DNA of 64,000 nucleotides from Eubacteriales bacterium (GTDB taxonomy: Bacteria > Bacillota > Clostridia > Oscillospirales > CAG-382): contig JAZKZH010000005.1 in the NCBI GenBank assembly GCA_045612545.1, positions 7,124-71,123 on the forward strand, read 5' to 3'. This document shows positions 9,301-19,673 of this stretch, one piece after another. The notes beneath the pieces are model-generated. The model made no database searches. It was not told where the DNA came from and saw only the letters and a program-made list of their open reading frames with translations. Within the stretch, counting starts at the first letter, position 1, and the number at the start of each line of letters is the position of its first letter. A program made the translations under genes and the position numbers.

Positions 9301-9990
9301 TTACTCCTCCACCACCTCAAACTTATAGCCTACGCCCCAAATAGTCTTCAAGGTCCATTTTTCGGAAGCGCCCTCCAGCTTCTCCCTGAGACGCTTGATA
9401 TGCACGTCAACGGTACGGCTGTCGCCCAGATAATCAAAGCCCCAGACCTTATCCAAAAGCTGATCTCTGGTGAACACGCGGTTGTAATTGAAGGCAAGGA
9501 AGTAGATCAGCTCCAGCTCCTTGGGAGGCAGGTCAATGGCCTTACCCTTGATCTTCAGCTCATACTTCTGCAGAGAGATCTCCAGATTGTCAAACTTGAT
9601 CACCTCGCCGTCGGCATTGTCATGCTTGGCGTAGCGACGCAGGACAGCCTTGATACGGGCGCAGACCTCCTTCATATCAAAGGGCTTCACGATAAAATCA
9701 TCGGCGCCCAGCTCCAGACCCAAAACCTTATCAATGGTCTCCCCTTTTGCGGTGACCATGATGATGGGCTTGGAGGATTGCTTGCGGATCTCCTGACAGA
9801 CCTGCCAGCCATCCATGCGGGGCATCATAATGTCCAAAAGAACCAGATCCGGCTCGTAGGTGCGGAAAAGGCTGACACCCTCCATACCGTCCTGGGCGGT
9901 ACGGACATCGTAGCCCTCCTTTTGAAGATACATACAAAGAAGATCGCAAATATTGCTGTCGTCATCGATACAAAGAATGCGGGTTGCCAT
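9301..9990 (-). CDS. OmpR/PhoB-family response regulator
   Basis: 229 aa. Receiver domain (DDD...D54-like LLDIMMP, K in VTAKG) plus a winged-helix trans_reg_C domain (VWGFDY...RTVDVHIKRLREKL). Confidence 0.9.
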   Translation of the reverse strand: MATRILCIDDDSNICDLLCMYLQKEGYDVRTAQDGMEGVSLFRTYEPDLVLLDIMMPRMDGWQVCQEIRKQSSKPIIMVTAKGETIDKVLGLELGADDFIVKPFDMKEVCARIKAVLRRYAKHDNADGEVIKFDNLEISLQKYELKIKGKAIDLPPKELELIYFLAFNYNRVFTRDQLLDKVWGFDYLGDSRTVDVHIKRLREKLEGASEKWTLKTIWGVGYKFEVVEE

Positions 9991-10223
9991 AGAGAAACCT
10001 CCTATTTTTACTCTTGTTATTTTTATCCTTCTTTACAATAACAATATACCATATTATTTTCTTGTTGTCAATAGTTTTTCTCAAACAATTATAAATTTTA
10101 TTCAAAAAGAAATATGAAATAAAATTGTATATTGCAATCTGCAAGAAAATAGTGTATAGTATAGAATAGGAAATTATGAGATTTGATATATTCACATCAA
10201 AGAAACAGAGGTAACCTTTCGTT

Positions 10224-11318
10224 ATGAAGCTTGGTATCGTCGGTCTTCCCAACGTGGGAAAAAGCACCCTTTTCAACGCCCTGACCAAGGCGGGTGCGGA
10301 AAGCGCAAACTATCCTTTTTGCACCATCGACCCCAACGTGGGCATTGTAGCCGTTCCCGATGAGCGTTTGGATAAGCTGGCGGAAATGTATCACCCCAAA
10401 AAGGTGACCCCCGCCGTCATTGAATTCGTGGACATCGCCGGTCTGGTAAAGGGTGCGGCCCAGGGCGAGGGCTTGGGCAACAAGTTCCTCTCTCACATCC
10501 GCGAGGTGGATGCCATCGTTCACGTAGTACGTTGCTTCGGCGGTTCGGACATCATTCACGTTGAGGACAGCGTTGACCCCGCCCGTGACGTGGACATCAT
10601 CAACACGGAGCTGATCCTTTCCGACATGGAGCTGCTGGAGCGCCGTATCGACCGTGTGAAGAAGGCAGGCAAGGGGGACAAATCCGCCCTGGCCATTCTC
10701 CCCGCACTGGAGCGCATCGGTGACGCTCTGCAGAACGGCAAGGCCGCCAGAAGCGTGGAGCTTTCCGAGGAGGAAAAGGCGGAGCTGTTCGACCTGCCGT
10801 TGCTTTCCTGGAAGCCTGTGATCTACTGCGCCAACGTGGCGGAGGAGGATCTGGCAAAGGATCCCACGGAAAATCCCTACTACAACGCTCTTTGCAAGGC
10901 TGTGGAGGGCGAGCAGGCGGAGATCATCACCGTTTGCGCAGGCATCGAGGCAGAGCTTGCCGAGTTGGACGAGGAAGAGCAGAAGGCCTTTTTGGAAGAC
11001 CTTGGCGTCACTGAGGCAGGTCTTGCCAAGCTGATCCGCGCTTCCTATCACCTGCTGGGCTACATCAGTTACCTCACCGCAGGTGAGCCGGAGGTACGGG
11101 CATGGACCATCGTGAAGGGTACCAAGGCACCTCAGGCGGCAGGCAAGATCCACTCCGATTTTGAACGCGGCTTTATTCGTGCAGAGGTGGTTGCCTTTGA
11201 CGCGCTGATGGAAAAGGGCTCCTACGTTGCCTGCAAGGAAGCGGGTCTGGTGCGCTCCGAGGGCAAAGAGTACGTGATGCAGGACGGCGACATCGTTCTC
11301 TTCCGTTTTAATGTATAA
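10224..11318 (+). CDS. ychF: redox-regulated ribosome-binding ATPase YchF
   Basis: 364 aa. MKLGIVGLPNVGKSTLFNALT P-loop, a TGS-like C-terminus and the conserved YchF tail (VMQDGDIVLFRFNV). Confidence 0.95.
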   Translation: MKLGIVGLPNVGKSTLFNALTKAGAESANYPFCTIDPNVGIVAVPDERLDKLAEMYHPKKVTPAVIEFVDIAGLVKGAAQGEGLGNKFLSHIREVDAIVHVVRCFGGSDIIHVEDSVDPARDVDIINTELILSDMELLERRIDRVKKAGKGDKSALAILPALERIGDALQNGKAARSVELSEEEKAELFDLPLLSWKPVIYCANVAEEDLAKDPTENPYYNALCKAVEGEQAEIITVCAGIEAELAELDEEEQKAFLEDLGVTEAGLAKLIRASYHLLGYISYLTAGEPEVRAWTIVKGTKAPQAAGKIHSDFERGFIRAEVVAFDALMEKGSYVACKEAGLVRSEGKEYVMQDGDIVLFRFNV

Positions 11319-11402
11319 ATTCTTAAGAACTTTCCTTGGAAAAGAAAAGCTTTTAAGCGTCCTCTCGTAAAAAACAACAACCATAATGAAGGAGAAAATA
11401 CT

Positions 11403-13940
11403 ATGAAACTTTGCAAGAGACTGCTGCCTGCACTGCTGGCAGTTCTGCTGCTGATGGCTTCCCTGCCCTTTGCGGTATCCGCAGAAGAGGTAAGACAGAA
11501 GCTGAACGGCATCAACTGCTCCCGCGGTACCGGCGAGCTGATCGTCTACACCAGCGAATACGGCGCAACCACCGCCACCAACGAATGGGGCGGCGAGGCC
11601 GTAGTCGGCGCGGATAACGTGGTTATTTCCGTAGGCGGCAACAACAATAAGATCCCCGAGGGCGGTTTCGTTGTTTCCGGTCACGAAGCCAGCACGGGCG
11701 CTATGCGCACCTGGATCAGGAACAACATCCACGTGGGCGATTACGTATATTATAACGAGCGTACCATGACCCTCACCGTTTCCACCGAGCCCATCGACAC
11801 AAGAGGTGAGGTTTTCTACGACGTAGAAAAGACCTACAACGCCATCAACGCCACCCGCGGTGAAAACTATCTGGTGATCTACACCTCCGGAAGAGGCGCC
11901 ACCACCGGCACCAACGAATACGGCTACGAGATCATCGTTGAAGACGGCGTCGTGGTAAGCATGGGCGGCAACAACTCCGCCATTCCCAAGAACGGCTTCG
12001 TGGTTTCCGGCCACGGTTCCTCTCTGGATTGGCTGCAGAACAACGTGCTTCTGGGTATGGCGGCAAAGTACGACACCGCCACCAAGACCGTTACCTTCAG
12101 CTACAGCGCTGAAAGCCTTGAAAAGGGCATGGGCGTGATCCTGGGCGAGCTGACACCTATGCTGGCAAACGCCAAGGAGAACTTCATGTACATTCAGTAC
12201 GACGTGTTGGAGGCGGCCATCAAGGAGGCCGAGGAGGCCCTCGCCCAAGCCCTTGCCGCCCACAAGGACGGCAGTGGCGACTATGAGTTTGCGGCACAGT
12301 GCGCAGAGATCACCGACAAAGCCAACGCCATCCGCTACTCCATCTCCGAAAGCTACACCGTACAGTACCGCGCCGCTTGGGTTCGTCCCTCCCAGAAGAG
12401 CGCAAAGGAAGTGGAGGCTTACGTAAAAGAGCTTCACGATGCGGGCATCAACACCATCTGCGTGGAAGGCAACTTCAACAACGGCGTGATCATGAACACC
12501 CCCGAGGATTGCCTGTTCCAGCGGATCAAAACCTTCAATTACGACGTTCTGCAGGCCTACGTTGACGCCTGCCACAAGTACGATATGGAATGCCATCTGT
12601 GGATGGCCATCATGGAGGTAGGCCACAGCCAGGCTTCCTATTACTCTGACTGTATCGCATACAAGAAGCCGGAATGGCTTTCTCTCAGCCAAAAGGGCAC
12701 CCCCAACAACCCCGATGACTTCATGATGATCGACCCCGCCAACGATGAGGCACGGGAATATTTGGTTTCCTTCTACGAATACATCATCCGTAACTACGAT
12801 ATTGACTGCTTTGAATTGGACTACATCCGTTACTACACCAGAGGCGATCTGGACTTCGGTTACACCCAGGCGGCTTTCGATAAGTTCGAGGAGCAGTATC
12901 ATTACGGCGTGACCCCCACCTACGACACCTCTGCAAGCTACTGGGAGGATTGGAAGAAGTTCCGTATGTCCCAGGTTACCGAAATGGTAAAAGCAGTCCG
13001 TGAAATGGTTGACCGTGTTCGCCCCGAGGTATTGATCTCCGCAGACGTTGTTGCCACCGTGAACGGCGCTACCGAGTACAACTATCAGGACTACGTGACC
13101 TGGATGGAAAACGACTGGATCGACATTCTCCATCCCATGGCATACGGCGACGGCTTCGGCGATGATATCAAGGCGCAGGTAGCGCTGGGCGGCGATCAGT
13201 GTATGATCGTTACCGGTCTGGGCGTGTTCATGGCAGGTCTGGGCGCTTCCGACATGGTTCGTCAAGCAGTAGAGGACAACCTTTACGGCGCATACGGCGA
13301 TTGCTACTTTGAAGGCTCCGCTTATCTGAAGGACAAGGCAGGCCCCGCTTTGCTGGAAACCGTATACCGCAACGATGCCATCACCCCCTTCTTAGATCCC
13401 GATCTGGCCATCAAGACGGCCTTGGACTACATGGCAGGCAGAATCAACGACGTGCTGGTTCCCTTGAATGGTATTTCCGCTCAGGAGGGCGAAGAGCTGG
13501 TAGCATTGATCGGACAGCTGAAGGAGTCCGTAGCAGACAGCAAGATGGACGGACAGCTTTTGAAGGATCTGCACATGGCCATCAAGAAGATCGCCGGCAA
13601 GAACGCCAAGAAGGTTCTGGAAAGCGATCTTTACAGAGCAGAGATGATCACCTGCGTTACCTACAAGGTAGATCAGAACGAGCTGTTCGGTGAGCTGGAG
13701 CTTCCCGAGGGAGAACCCTTTGATCCCAACCCCGCCCCCAATCCCGGCGAGGGAGACACCTCCCAGGATGTCAGCGAGGACACCTCCGCCGAGGAATCCG
13801 CAGAGGAATCTCTCACCGAAAGCACCCTTATCGATCCTATCGACGATGATGGCAGCTCCACCACCCTGATCATCGTGATCTGCGTTGTGGTAGTTCTGGC
13901 AGGCGCTGCAGTGATCATCCTGATCCTGCGCAAGAAATGA
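11403..13940 (+). CDS. surface-anchored glycoside-hydrolase-like protein (GHL10/DUF187-like TIM barrel)
   Basis: 845 aa. Signal peptide. Two about 120-aa internal N-terminal repeats. YngK-like family-10-like hydrolase core. Acidic S/E/T linker and a C-terminal TM helix plus RKK. Confidence 0.6.
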   Translation: MKLCKRLLPALLAVLLLMASLPFAVSAEEVRQKLNGINCSRGTGELIVYTSEYGATTATNEWGGEAVVGADNVVISVGGNNNKIPEGGFVVSGHEASTGAMRTWIRNNIHVGDYVYYNERTMTLTVSTEPIDTRGEVFYDVEKTYNAINATRGENYLVIYTSGRGATTGTNEYGYEIIVEDGVVVSMGGNNSAIPKNGFVVSGHGSSLDWLQNNVLLGMAAKYDTATKTVTFSYSAESLEKGMGVILGELTPMLANAKENFMYIQYDVLEAAIKEAEEALAQALAAHKDGSGDYEFAAQCAEITDKANAIRYSISESYTVQYRAAWVRPSQKSAKEVEAYVKELHDAGINTICVEGNFNNGVIMNTPEDCLFQRIKTFNYDVLQAYVDACHKYDMECHLWMAIMEVGHSQASYYSDCIAYKKPEWLSLSQKGTPNNPDDFMMIDPANDEAREYLVSFYEYIIRNYDIDCFELDYIRYYTRGDLDFGYTQAAFDKFEEQYHYGVTPTYDTSASYWEDWKKFRMSQVTEMVKAVREMVDRVRPEVLISADVVATVNGATEYNYQDYVTWMENDWIDILHPMAYGDGFGDDIKAQVALGGDQCMIVTGLGVFMAGLGASDMVRQAVEDNLYGAYGDCYFEGSAYLKDKAGPALLETVYRNDAITPFLDPDLAIKTALDYMAGRINDVLVPLNGISAQEGEELVALIGQLKESVADSKMDGQLLKDLHMAIKKIAGKNAKKVLESDLYRAEMITCVTYKVDQNELFGELELPEGEPFDPNPAPNPGEGDTSQDVSEDTSAEESAEESLTESTLIDPIDDDGSSTTLIIVICVVVVLAGAAVIILILRKK

Positions 13941-14698
13941 GAAACCGTAATTTTTGGGAACCGTCCGTAGAGGCGGTTCCCTATTCTCTCCCCGCAAAGG
14001 GTCTTGCCTCCCCCGTGAAATTGGCATTTCTCTCCGATCTCCACGGGGAAGGACACGAAGAATGTCTGGCCCTCACGCGGGAATTTGCCCCCGACTTGGT
14101 GATCTTCGGCGGAGACACCTTTGACGAGCGGATATCCTTGAAGGGCGGGTTGAAGGCGCTTGAGGCGTTTCAAAAAGAGTTCCGCACTTTTTACGTTCCC
14201 GGCAATCACGAGATCAAAACCGGCAGGTACGATCTGGTAAAGCGGGCGGCAAGAGCCACGGGCGCTCGTCTGTTGGCAGGAGAAAACGCTTTGGTGGTGA
14301 TCGGAGAGAATCAGCTCCTGCTTTGCGGCGTGGAGGATCCCTTGCACCAAGAAGAGGTCTACAAAGAGCAGCTTTTAAACGCTTGCGAGGCGGCACGTCC
14401 CGATAGGTGTGCCTTGTTGATCACCCACCGTCCCGAACGGGCAAAGGACTACGCCGGATTGCCCTTCGATTTAGTGCTGACGGGCCACGCCCACGGCGGA
14501 CAGTGGCGGTTCTCCTTTTTGAAGGACGGCTTCTTGGCACCCGACGTGGGGCTGTTGCCCAAGTACACCGGAGGCATTTACGATCTGGCCGGCACGAAAA
14601 TGCTGGTCAGCCGCGGCCTTGCGGTGAAGAACACCCACGTTCCCCGCATCGGCAACCCGCCGGAGCTTTGCTTGGTGACGCTTGTGCCGAGGGAATAA
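13937..14698 (+). CDS. metallophosphoesterase
   Basis: 253 aa. Motifs SDLHGE, GGDTFD, GNHE and GHAHGG. ATGA overlap with the upstream gene. Confidence 0.85.
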   Translation: MRNRNFWEPSVEAVPYSLPAKGLASPVKLAFLSDLHGEGHEECLALTREFAPDLVIFGGDTFDERISLKGGLKALEAFQKEFRTFYVPGNHEIKTGRYDLVKRAARATGARLLAGENALVVIGENQLLLCGVEDPLHQEEVYKEQLLNACEAARPDRCALLITHRPERAKDYAGLPFDLVLTGHAHGGQWRFSFLKDGFLAPDVGLLPKYTGGIYDLAGTKMLVSRGLAVKNTHVPRIGNPPELCLVTLVPRE

Positions 14699-14770
14699 AT
14701 AGAACGTTTTACGAGGAACCCCTTTTTGAAAAAAGCGGTTCCCCGTACCCTTCCGTAAAAACTTTTCATG

Positions 14771-14808
14771 TAAAAAAGAACCTTCCGCAAAAGCAGAAGG
14801 TTCTTTTT
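14771..14808. terminator. bidirectional intrinsic terminator
   Basis: AGAACCTTC/GAAGGTTCT stem flanked by A- and T-tracts. A second 34-bp AT palindrome lies at 14857-14892. Confidence 0.6.
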
Positions 14809-14900
14809 TCTCTTCCCAAAAACGACAGTTTTTGGCATTGGATTTTCTTTTTTGTTAAACTTTTTTCTTTTTTCGAAAAGAAAAAAGTTTAGTTGCCCCC

Positions 14901-16202
14901 TTAAAGCACCATCCACAACCCCAAAAGTGCGGCCGCCATGGAAAGGAGGGACACGGGGGCGCAGTAGCGGATAAATTTACCGAAGGACATCTTCACCCCG
15001 TAGCGGGAAAGCAAGGACATCCACAAAATCCCTGCAAGTGCGCCGATGGGCGTAAGATAAGCACCCAAGTTAGATCCCGCCACGGCGGCGTACAATGCGC
15101 CTGCCGCCTCTGAGGAAGGCACAGCCCCTACCACGGCGGAATAAAACACGCTCATGGGAATGTTGTTCACCAGATTGGCGGCCAAGAAGGAAGTGGTGCC
15201 GAAGGTCAGCACGCTGTCCCCCTTGACCAGCAGGGAGGCCAGAGCTTCCGTAGCTCCCGCGCGTTGGAGCGCCAGCACGATCACGAACATAGAAAGCACA
15301 AAGGGAATGATCTCCCACGGGGCACGGCGGAAGGAATCTGTGATCATCCGAAGCCCCTTCTTCCCCGCCAGAAAGTACACCGTCATGGAAACGTATAAGC
15401 TCGCGAAGCACCAAAAGGTGATAAGCCACATGGGCAAATCCAGAAAGTTGGAGAATACCAGCAGAAGGATGCACACTGCCAAGTGCAAAATGGCGGTGAT
15501 CACAGCGGGCACATCCGCAAGGCGGGGCTGTTCCTCGGAAACAACCATTGGCTTTTGCAGCTTCTTACGGGACATAAGGTACAAAACCCCGAAGGATACC
15601 GATCCCGCAAGCAAAGTGGGCAACCACATCACCTGCAGATAGGAAAGGAAATCCACGCTCCCTGCGGTGCAAAGGCAGATATTGGTGGGGTTACCGATGA
15701 GAAGCGCCATGCTCCAGGTGTTGGCCGCCACGAACTCCGCCACCAAGAATGGCAGAGGGTCGATTTTCGCTCCTTTGGCAAAAAAGCACAGGAAGGGGGT
15801 GAAGGTCAAGATCACCACGTCGTTGGAGGTAAACACCGTCAACACCGCCACCATGAGGTACAGGCTGACAAACAACTTCTTTTGGCTATGCCCCGCGTGG
15901 TGAAGTACCTTTACCGCCAGCCAGCGGAAAAAGCCCGCTTGGTCAAGAAATACGGAAAGCAACGTCATGGAAAGGAACAGCACCAAAAGCTGCAGGGGGT
16001 TGATCCCTCCGCTTTGGGTAAGACCTGCCCAGATCTCTTCCCCACTGATGCTGCCGAAAAGCCACAAAAGCACCCCGCCGATGACAGGGGCGAACCAATA
16101 GGTACTGATAAAATGCCCACGGATGGACACCGACGGAAAGAAAAACACCAGCCCCAGCATGGCGATACACGCCACGGCGGCAATGAAAACGGTAACGAGC
16201 AT
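14901..16202 (-). CDS. ArsB/NhaD-superfamily anion/ion permease
   Basis: About 433 aa and polytopic. The start is taken at the ATG at 16202, preceded by a GGAGG RBS. Citrate-transporter-like/ArsB-like pattern. Confidence 0.65.
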   Translation of the reverse strand: MLVTVFIAAVACIAMLGLVFFFPSVSIRGHFISTYWFAPVIGGVLLWLFGSISGEEIWAGLTQSGGINPLQLLVLFLSMTLLSVFLDQAGFFRWLAVKVLHHAGHSQKKLFVSLYLMVAVLTVFTSNDVVILTFTPFLCFFAKGAKIDPLPFLVAEFVAANTWSMALLIGNPTNICLCTAGSVDFLSYLQVMWLPTLLAGSVSFGVLYLMSRKKLQKPMVVSEEQPRLADVPAVITAILHLAVCILLLVFSNFLDLPMWLITFWCFASLYVSMTVYFLAGKKGLRMITDSFRRAPWEIIPFVLSMFVIVLALQRAGATEALASLLVKGDSVLTFGTTSFLAANLVNNIPMSVFYSAVVGAVPSSEAAGALYAAVAGSNLGAYLTPIGALAGILWMSLLSRYGVKMSFGKFIRYCAPVSLLSMAAALLGLWMVL

Positions 16203-16348
16203 ACTGCGCCTCCAACAAGATTCTCTCATTTATACCCCTTTTTTCGCCGTTCGTCAAGGGGTTTTTCCGATTTTCTGTTGACAAATCACCTGTTTTTATG
16301 GTATACTGCCATGGTATAAACAGTAACGTATAAGGAATGGTAATCACA

Positions 16349-17575
16349 ATGACAGTCTATGAAGATCTTCAATGGCGCGGCTTGATCGAGAGCATCTCCG
16401 ACCCCGTATTGATCGACAAATTGAATCAGGGAGGCTTGACCTTCTACATCGGTACAGACCCCACGGCTGACAGCCTGCATTTGGGGCATTACTCCTCTTT
16501 TCTCATTACCCGCCGTTTGGCAGAGGCAGGTCATCATCCTCTGATCCTGGTGGGCGGTGCAACCGGCTTGGTGGGCGACCCCAGAGGTACCGTGGAACGC
16601 GCCCTCTCCCAAAAAGAAGTGGTCTTCCGCAACTTTGAGGCGCTGAAGGCTCAGGTACAGAAGCTGTTCCCCTACCCCGTGGTGAACAACTACGACTGGA
16701 TCAAGGACATGAACGTTCTGGACTTCTTCCGTGACATCGGTAAGTTCATCAACGTGGGCTATATGCTCAGCAAGGATCACGTGAAGCGTCAGATGGAGAC
16801 GGGTATCTCCTACGCCGAGTTCTCCTATATGCTGATCCAGGGCTACGACTTCAAGTATCTCCACGAGCATATGAACGTGGATCTCCAGGTGGCAGGCTCC
16901 GACCAGTGGGGCAACATCACCACCGGCATCGAGCTGATCCGCAAGACTACCGGCGACACGGTCTACGCCATGACCATGCCCCTGATCACCGACTCTCAAG
17001 GCAACAAGTTCGGCAAGTCCGAGGGCAACGCAGTTTGGCTGGATAAGAACAAAACCTCCTCTTACGAGCTGTATCAGTTCCTTTTGAACGCAGAGGACGT
17101 GATGGCAGTTCCCTATCTGAAGAGACTCACCTTCCTCTCCCGCGAGGAGATCGAGGAGATCGAGCGTCAGCACAACGAACAGCCCCATCTCCGCCTGGCA
17201 CAGAAGGCCTTGGCCAAGGAGATCATCACCGACCTCCACGGTGAGGGCGCATACGAGGAAGCCGTTCGCATCAGCGAGCAGTTGTTCTCCGGGGACATCA
17301 AGTCCATCCCTCCCCAGGATCTTCTGGCAGGGCTGAAGAACGTGCCTCACTTTGAGATTCCCGAGGGCACCCGTCTGCTGGATGCCTTGAAGCTGGGCGG
17401 CGCCGCATCCTCCAACCGCGAGGGCAACGATTTCCTGAAGGCAGGTGCTGTCTCTCTCAACGGCGATATTGAGAAGGACGGCAACGTTCTGTTGACCAAG
17501 GAAAACGCCATCGACGGCAAGTTCGTGGTCATCCGCAGAGGTAAGAAGAAATACTACGTAGCAACCTTCTGCTAA
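16349..17575 (+). CDS. tyrS: tyrosine--tRNA ligase
   Basis: HIGH-type motif (SLHLGH), KMSKS-type motif (KFGKS) and a C-terminal S4-like domain. Confidence 0.95.
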   Translation: MTVYEDLQWRGLIESISDPVLIDKLNQGGLTFYIGTDPTADSLHLGHYSSFLITRRLAEAGHHPLILVGGATGLVGDPRGTVERALSQKEVVFRNFEALKAQVQKLFPYPVVNNYDWIKDMNVLDFFRDIGKFINVGYMLSKDHVKRQMETGISYAEFSYMLIQGYDFKYLHEHMNVDLQVAGSDQWGNITTGIELIRKTTGDTVYAMTMPLITDSQGNKFGKSEGNAVWLDKNKTSSYELYQFLLNAEDVMAVPYLKRLTFLSREEIEEIERQHNEQPHLRLAQKALAKEIITDLHGEGAYEEAVRISEQLFSGDIKSIPPQDLLAGLKNVPHFEIPEGTRLLDALKLGGAASSNREGNDFLKAGAVSLNGDIEKDGNVLLTKENAIDGKFVVIRRGKKKYYVATFC

Positions 17576-17659
17576 CAAATTCCCCCCGTGTTGAAAAACG
17601 CGGGGGGATTTTTTTACAAAAACCAACCCCCGATTGTTCATCGGGGGCTTGTGTTTGCC

Positions 17660-19564
17660 TTATGCTTTCTTTTTCTTAACGGTCAACACCGCCACTACTG
17701 CGATGACGAGGACCGCGCCGATGATCACAAACCAGATCCAAGCGCCGTTTCCTTCATCGGCGGAAGCGGGGGCAGAGGATTCAGCGGAAGATTCCACGGC
17801 AGAGGAGGCGGGAAAGGTCTCCTCGGAGGTGGTCTCATCGGAGGTGGTCTCATCGGATTCCTCGGGAGTGCTTTCCTCGGTGGATTCCTCGGAGGCGGAG
17901 GTCTCGGGAACGAAGCCTTCCTTCACGCCCACCAGGAATTCCGAGCAGAACACGAAGTTACCCCCTGCGGGGCCGAAGGACATCTTCACGTATCTTGCGG
18001 TGACGGGCTCCGTCTCGTACTTAATGCAGGAGTTGGTGCCGTCCATGATCTGCAAGGGAGTCGCCAACTGGCGGAAGGTCTTGCCGTCCTGGGAAATGCT
18101 GAGAACAATGCCCGTGGGGGAGCCGATGCCGGACTGCAAGCGATTGTCGAAATGGGCGTAGAAGTGGGTAAGATCGTTACGCACCTCTCCCAAGTCGATG
18201 ATCACGCTCATTTTTCCGTCCTTATCCAGATTGGAGTGGTGGAAAGCGTGCCAATCGGTGGTCAATGCTTTGTCGGCGAGGATGCCGTCGGTCAATTCCT
18301 TGCCGCTTACCTCCTGATAAGGCAGGCCGTTGCCGTCCATGTAGGATTGACAGCCGGTGTACGTTTTGCCGATGGAGACCCAATCCACATCTTTCGATTT
18401 CAAGGTGTCAAGGCCGATGTCGTCCACCACCTGATAGCCGTTTTCGGTCTGGGCGGGGCGAACGGCATCGAGGTCGTCCTGGGTCAGGGTCTTCTTGGCG
18501 TACTTGTAGGTCAGATCGTAAACCGCGCGGTACTGCTCATTATCGGAGTAGCAGGCCTTGTAATACACCGCCGTTTTGCCGTCCTGATAATACATCTTCA
18601 CGCTACCCATCATGGAGGAATTCATACCGCCCTCCAGATAGTTCAGATATCTGGCGAAATATTCATCGGTGTAGACCTTGCCATCGCACTCCATTTCCAT
18701 GGAAAGACCGTACTGCTCGGAAAGCTGCGTGCTGGTCTTAACGCGCTTGGGATCGTTGTAGCCAAGCCACATCAGGTTGGGCTGCATACAAGCTACGTCG
18801 AAGCCGTAGCTCTTCCAATACTGGTAGCCGTTTGCCTGATACCACGGAATCCAGATAAACTTGAGGCCCTTGGAATGGAGGTATTCGGAAGCGTAGCGCA
18901 AAAGCTCTCCGTCATCCCCGTCGGCGATGTATTCCTCCAGCCAATAGAAGCCTGCAAGGTCGAGATTCTTGTAGCCCTTGGCTTCAAAACGGGCGATCTG
19001 CTCGTCGATCATCCACTTGATGGCGTACTTTCTGTCCTCCGTCTTGGAGAAATCCAGACTTCTGCCGCCCAGAGTACCGAAATTGGTAGCCTTCTTGCCG
19101 GGGTAAAGCAGGGTGAAGAACACACCCGCCTTGCTGTCCGTATCCCCCAAAGCGGCCTTGGTGGTGCCGTAGGCCTTTTCCAAAGCATCTACGTTGGCAC
19201 CGTTGTGGAAGGTATCGTCCACGTAGGAAGTCCAGTCAATGGCCTTGGTGGGGTTGTTCTCGTCCAAGTGCATTCTGGCGCCGGAGGGGCCGTAATCCAT
19301 GCAGGGCAGGAACAGATAGCTGTCAAAGAAGAAATCCAGGATATTGCCCTTGGTATCCAGATATGCGGTGTAGGGCAACAGATCCTTTTCGTAATGTCTG
19401 CCGTAATCCGAGCCGGAACGGCGGAAGGTATAGGTGAGACAAACGTTTTCGTAGCCGTCCAGATCGTCGGCAGTGGGCACCTTGGCTGCTGCAGCAGGCC
19501 GGAGACACAGCAGAAGAGGCAACACCAACAAAACCGTTAAGGCAAGGGAAAGAATTTTTTTCAT
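17660..19564 (-). CDS. surface-anchored DUF4855-like glycosidase-like protein with discoidin-like C-terminal domain
   Basis: Start at the internal ATG (MKKILSLALTVLLVL signal peptide). C-terminal acidic S/E/T linker plus a TM anchor and KKKA. Family assignment is from memory of DUF4855 only. Confidence 0.5.
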   Translation of the reverse strand: MKKILSLALTVLLVLPLLLCLRPAAAAKVPTADDLDGYENVCLTYTFRRSGSDYGRHYEKDLLPYTAYLDTKGNILDFFFDSYLFLPCMDYGPSGARMHLDENNPTKAIDWTSYVDDTFHNGANVDALEKAYGTTKAALGDTDSKAGVFFTLLYPGKKATNFGTLGGRSLDFSKTEDRKYAIKWMIDEQIARFEAKGYKNLDLAGFYWLEEYIADGDDGELLRYASEYLHSKGLKFIWIPWYQANGYQYWKSYGFDVACMQPNLMWLGYNDPKRVKTSTQLSEQYGLSMEMECDGKVYTDEYFARYLNYLEGGMNSSMMGSVKMYYQDGKTAVYYKACYSDNEQYRAVYDLTYKYAKKTLTQDDLDAVRPAQTENGYQVVDDIGLDTLKSKDVDWVSIGKTYTGCQSYMDGNGLPYQEVSGKELTDGILADKALTTDWHAFHHSNLDKDGKMSVIIDLGEVRNDLTHFYAHFDNRLQSGIGSPTGIVLSISQDGKTFRQLATPLQIMDGTNSCIKYETEPVTARYVKMSFGPAGGNFVFCSEFLVGVKEGFVPETSASEESTEESTPEESDETTSDETTSEETFPASSAVESSAESSAPASADEGNGAWIWFVIIGAVLVIAVVAVLTVKKKKA

Positions 19565-19673
19565 AAGAGCCTCGCAAGAAAATATAATTTTATCTATTAT
19601 AGCACATCCCGATTCTCTTGTCAACCAAAAGAAAAAGCTCCGAGGAAAGCCTCGAAGCTTTTTGTATCAATAC

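Noticed and set aside
10197-13265. 1022-aa minus-strand ORF spanning ychF and the GHL10-like gene
   Set aside because: It runs antisense across two independent, well-supported plus-strand genes and their intergenic region. There is no signal of domain structure, so it is a shadow ORF.
16203-16348. Looked for a T-box leader upstream of tyrS
   Set aside because: Only about 145 nt separate the divergent genes. That space holds just a TTGACA...TATACT promoter and an RBS. There is no Stem I, specifier loop or terminator.
16286-17641. 451-aa minus-strand ORF opposite tyrS
   Set aside because: tyrS on the plus strand carries the HIGH and KMSKS motifs. The antisense frame has none.
17588-19540. 650-aa plus-strand ORF opposite the DUF4855-like gene
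   Set aside because: The translation is low-complexity and G/V/L/H-rich. The minus-strand frame has a signal peptide, a folded-domain-like sequence and a TM anchor.
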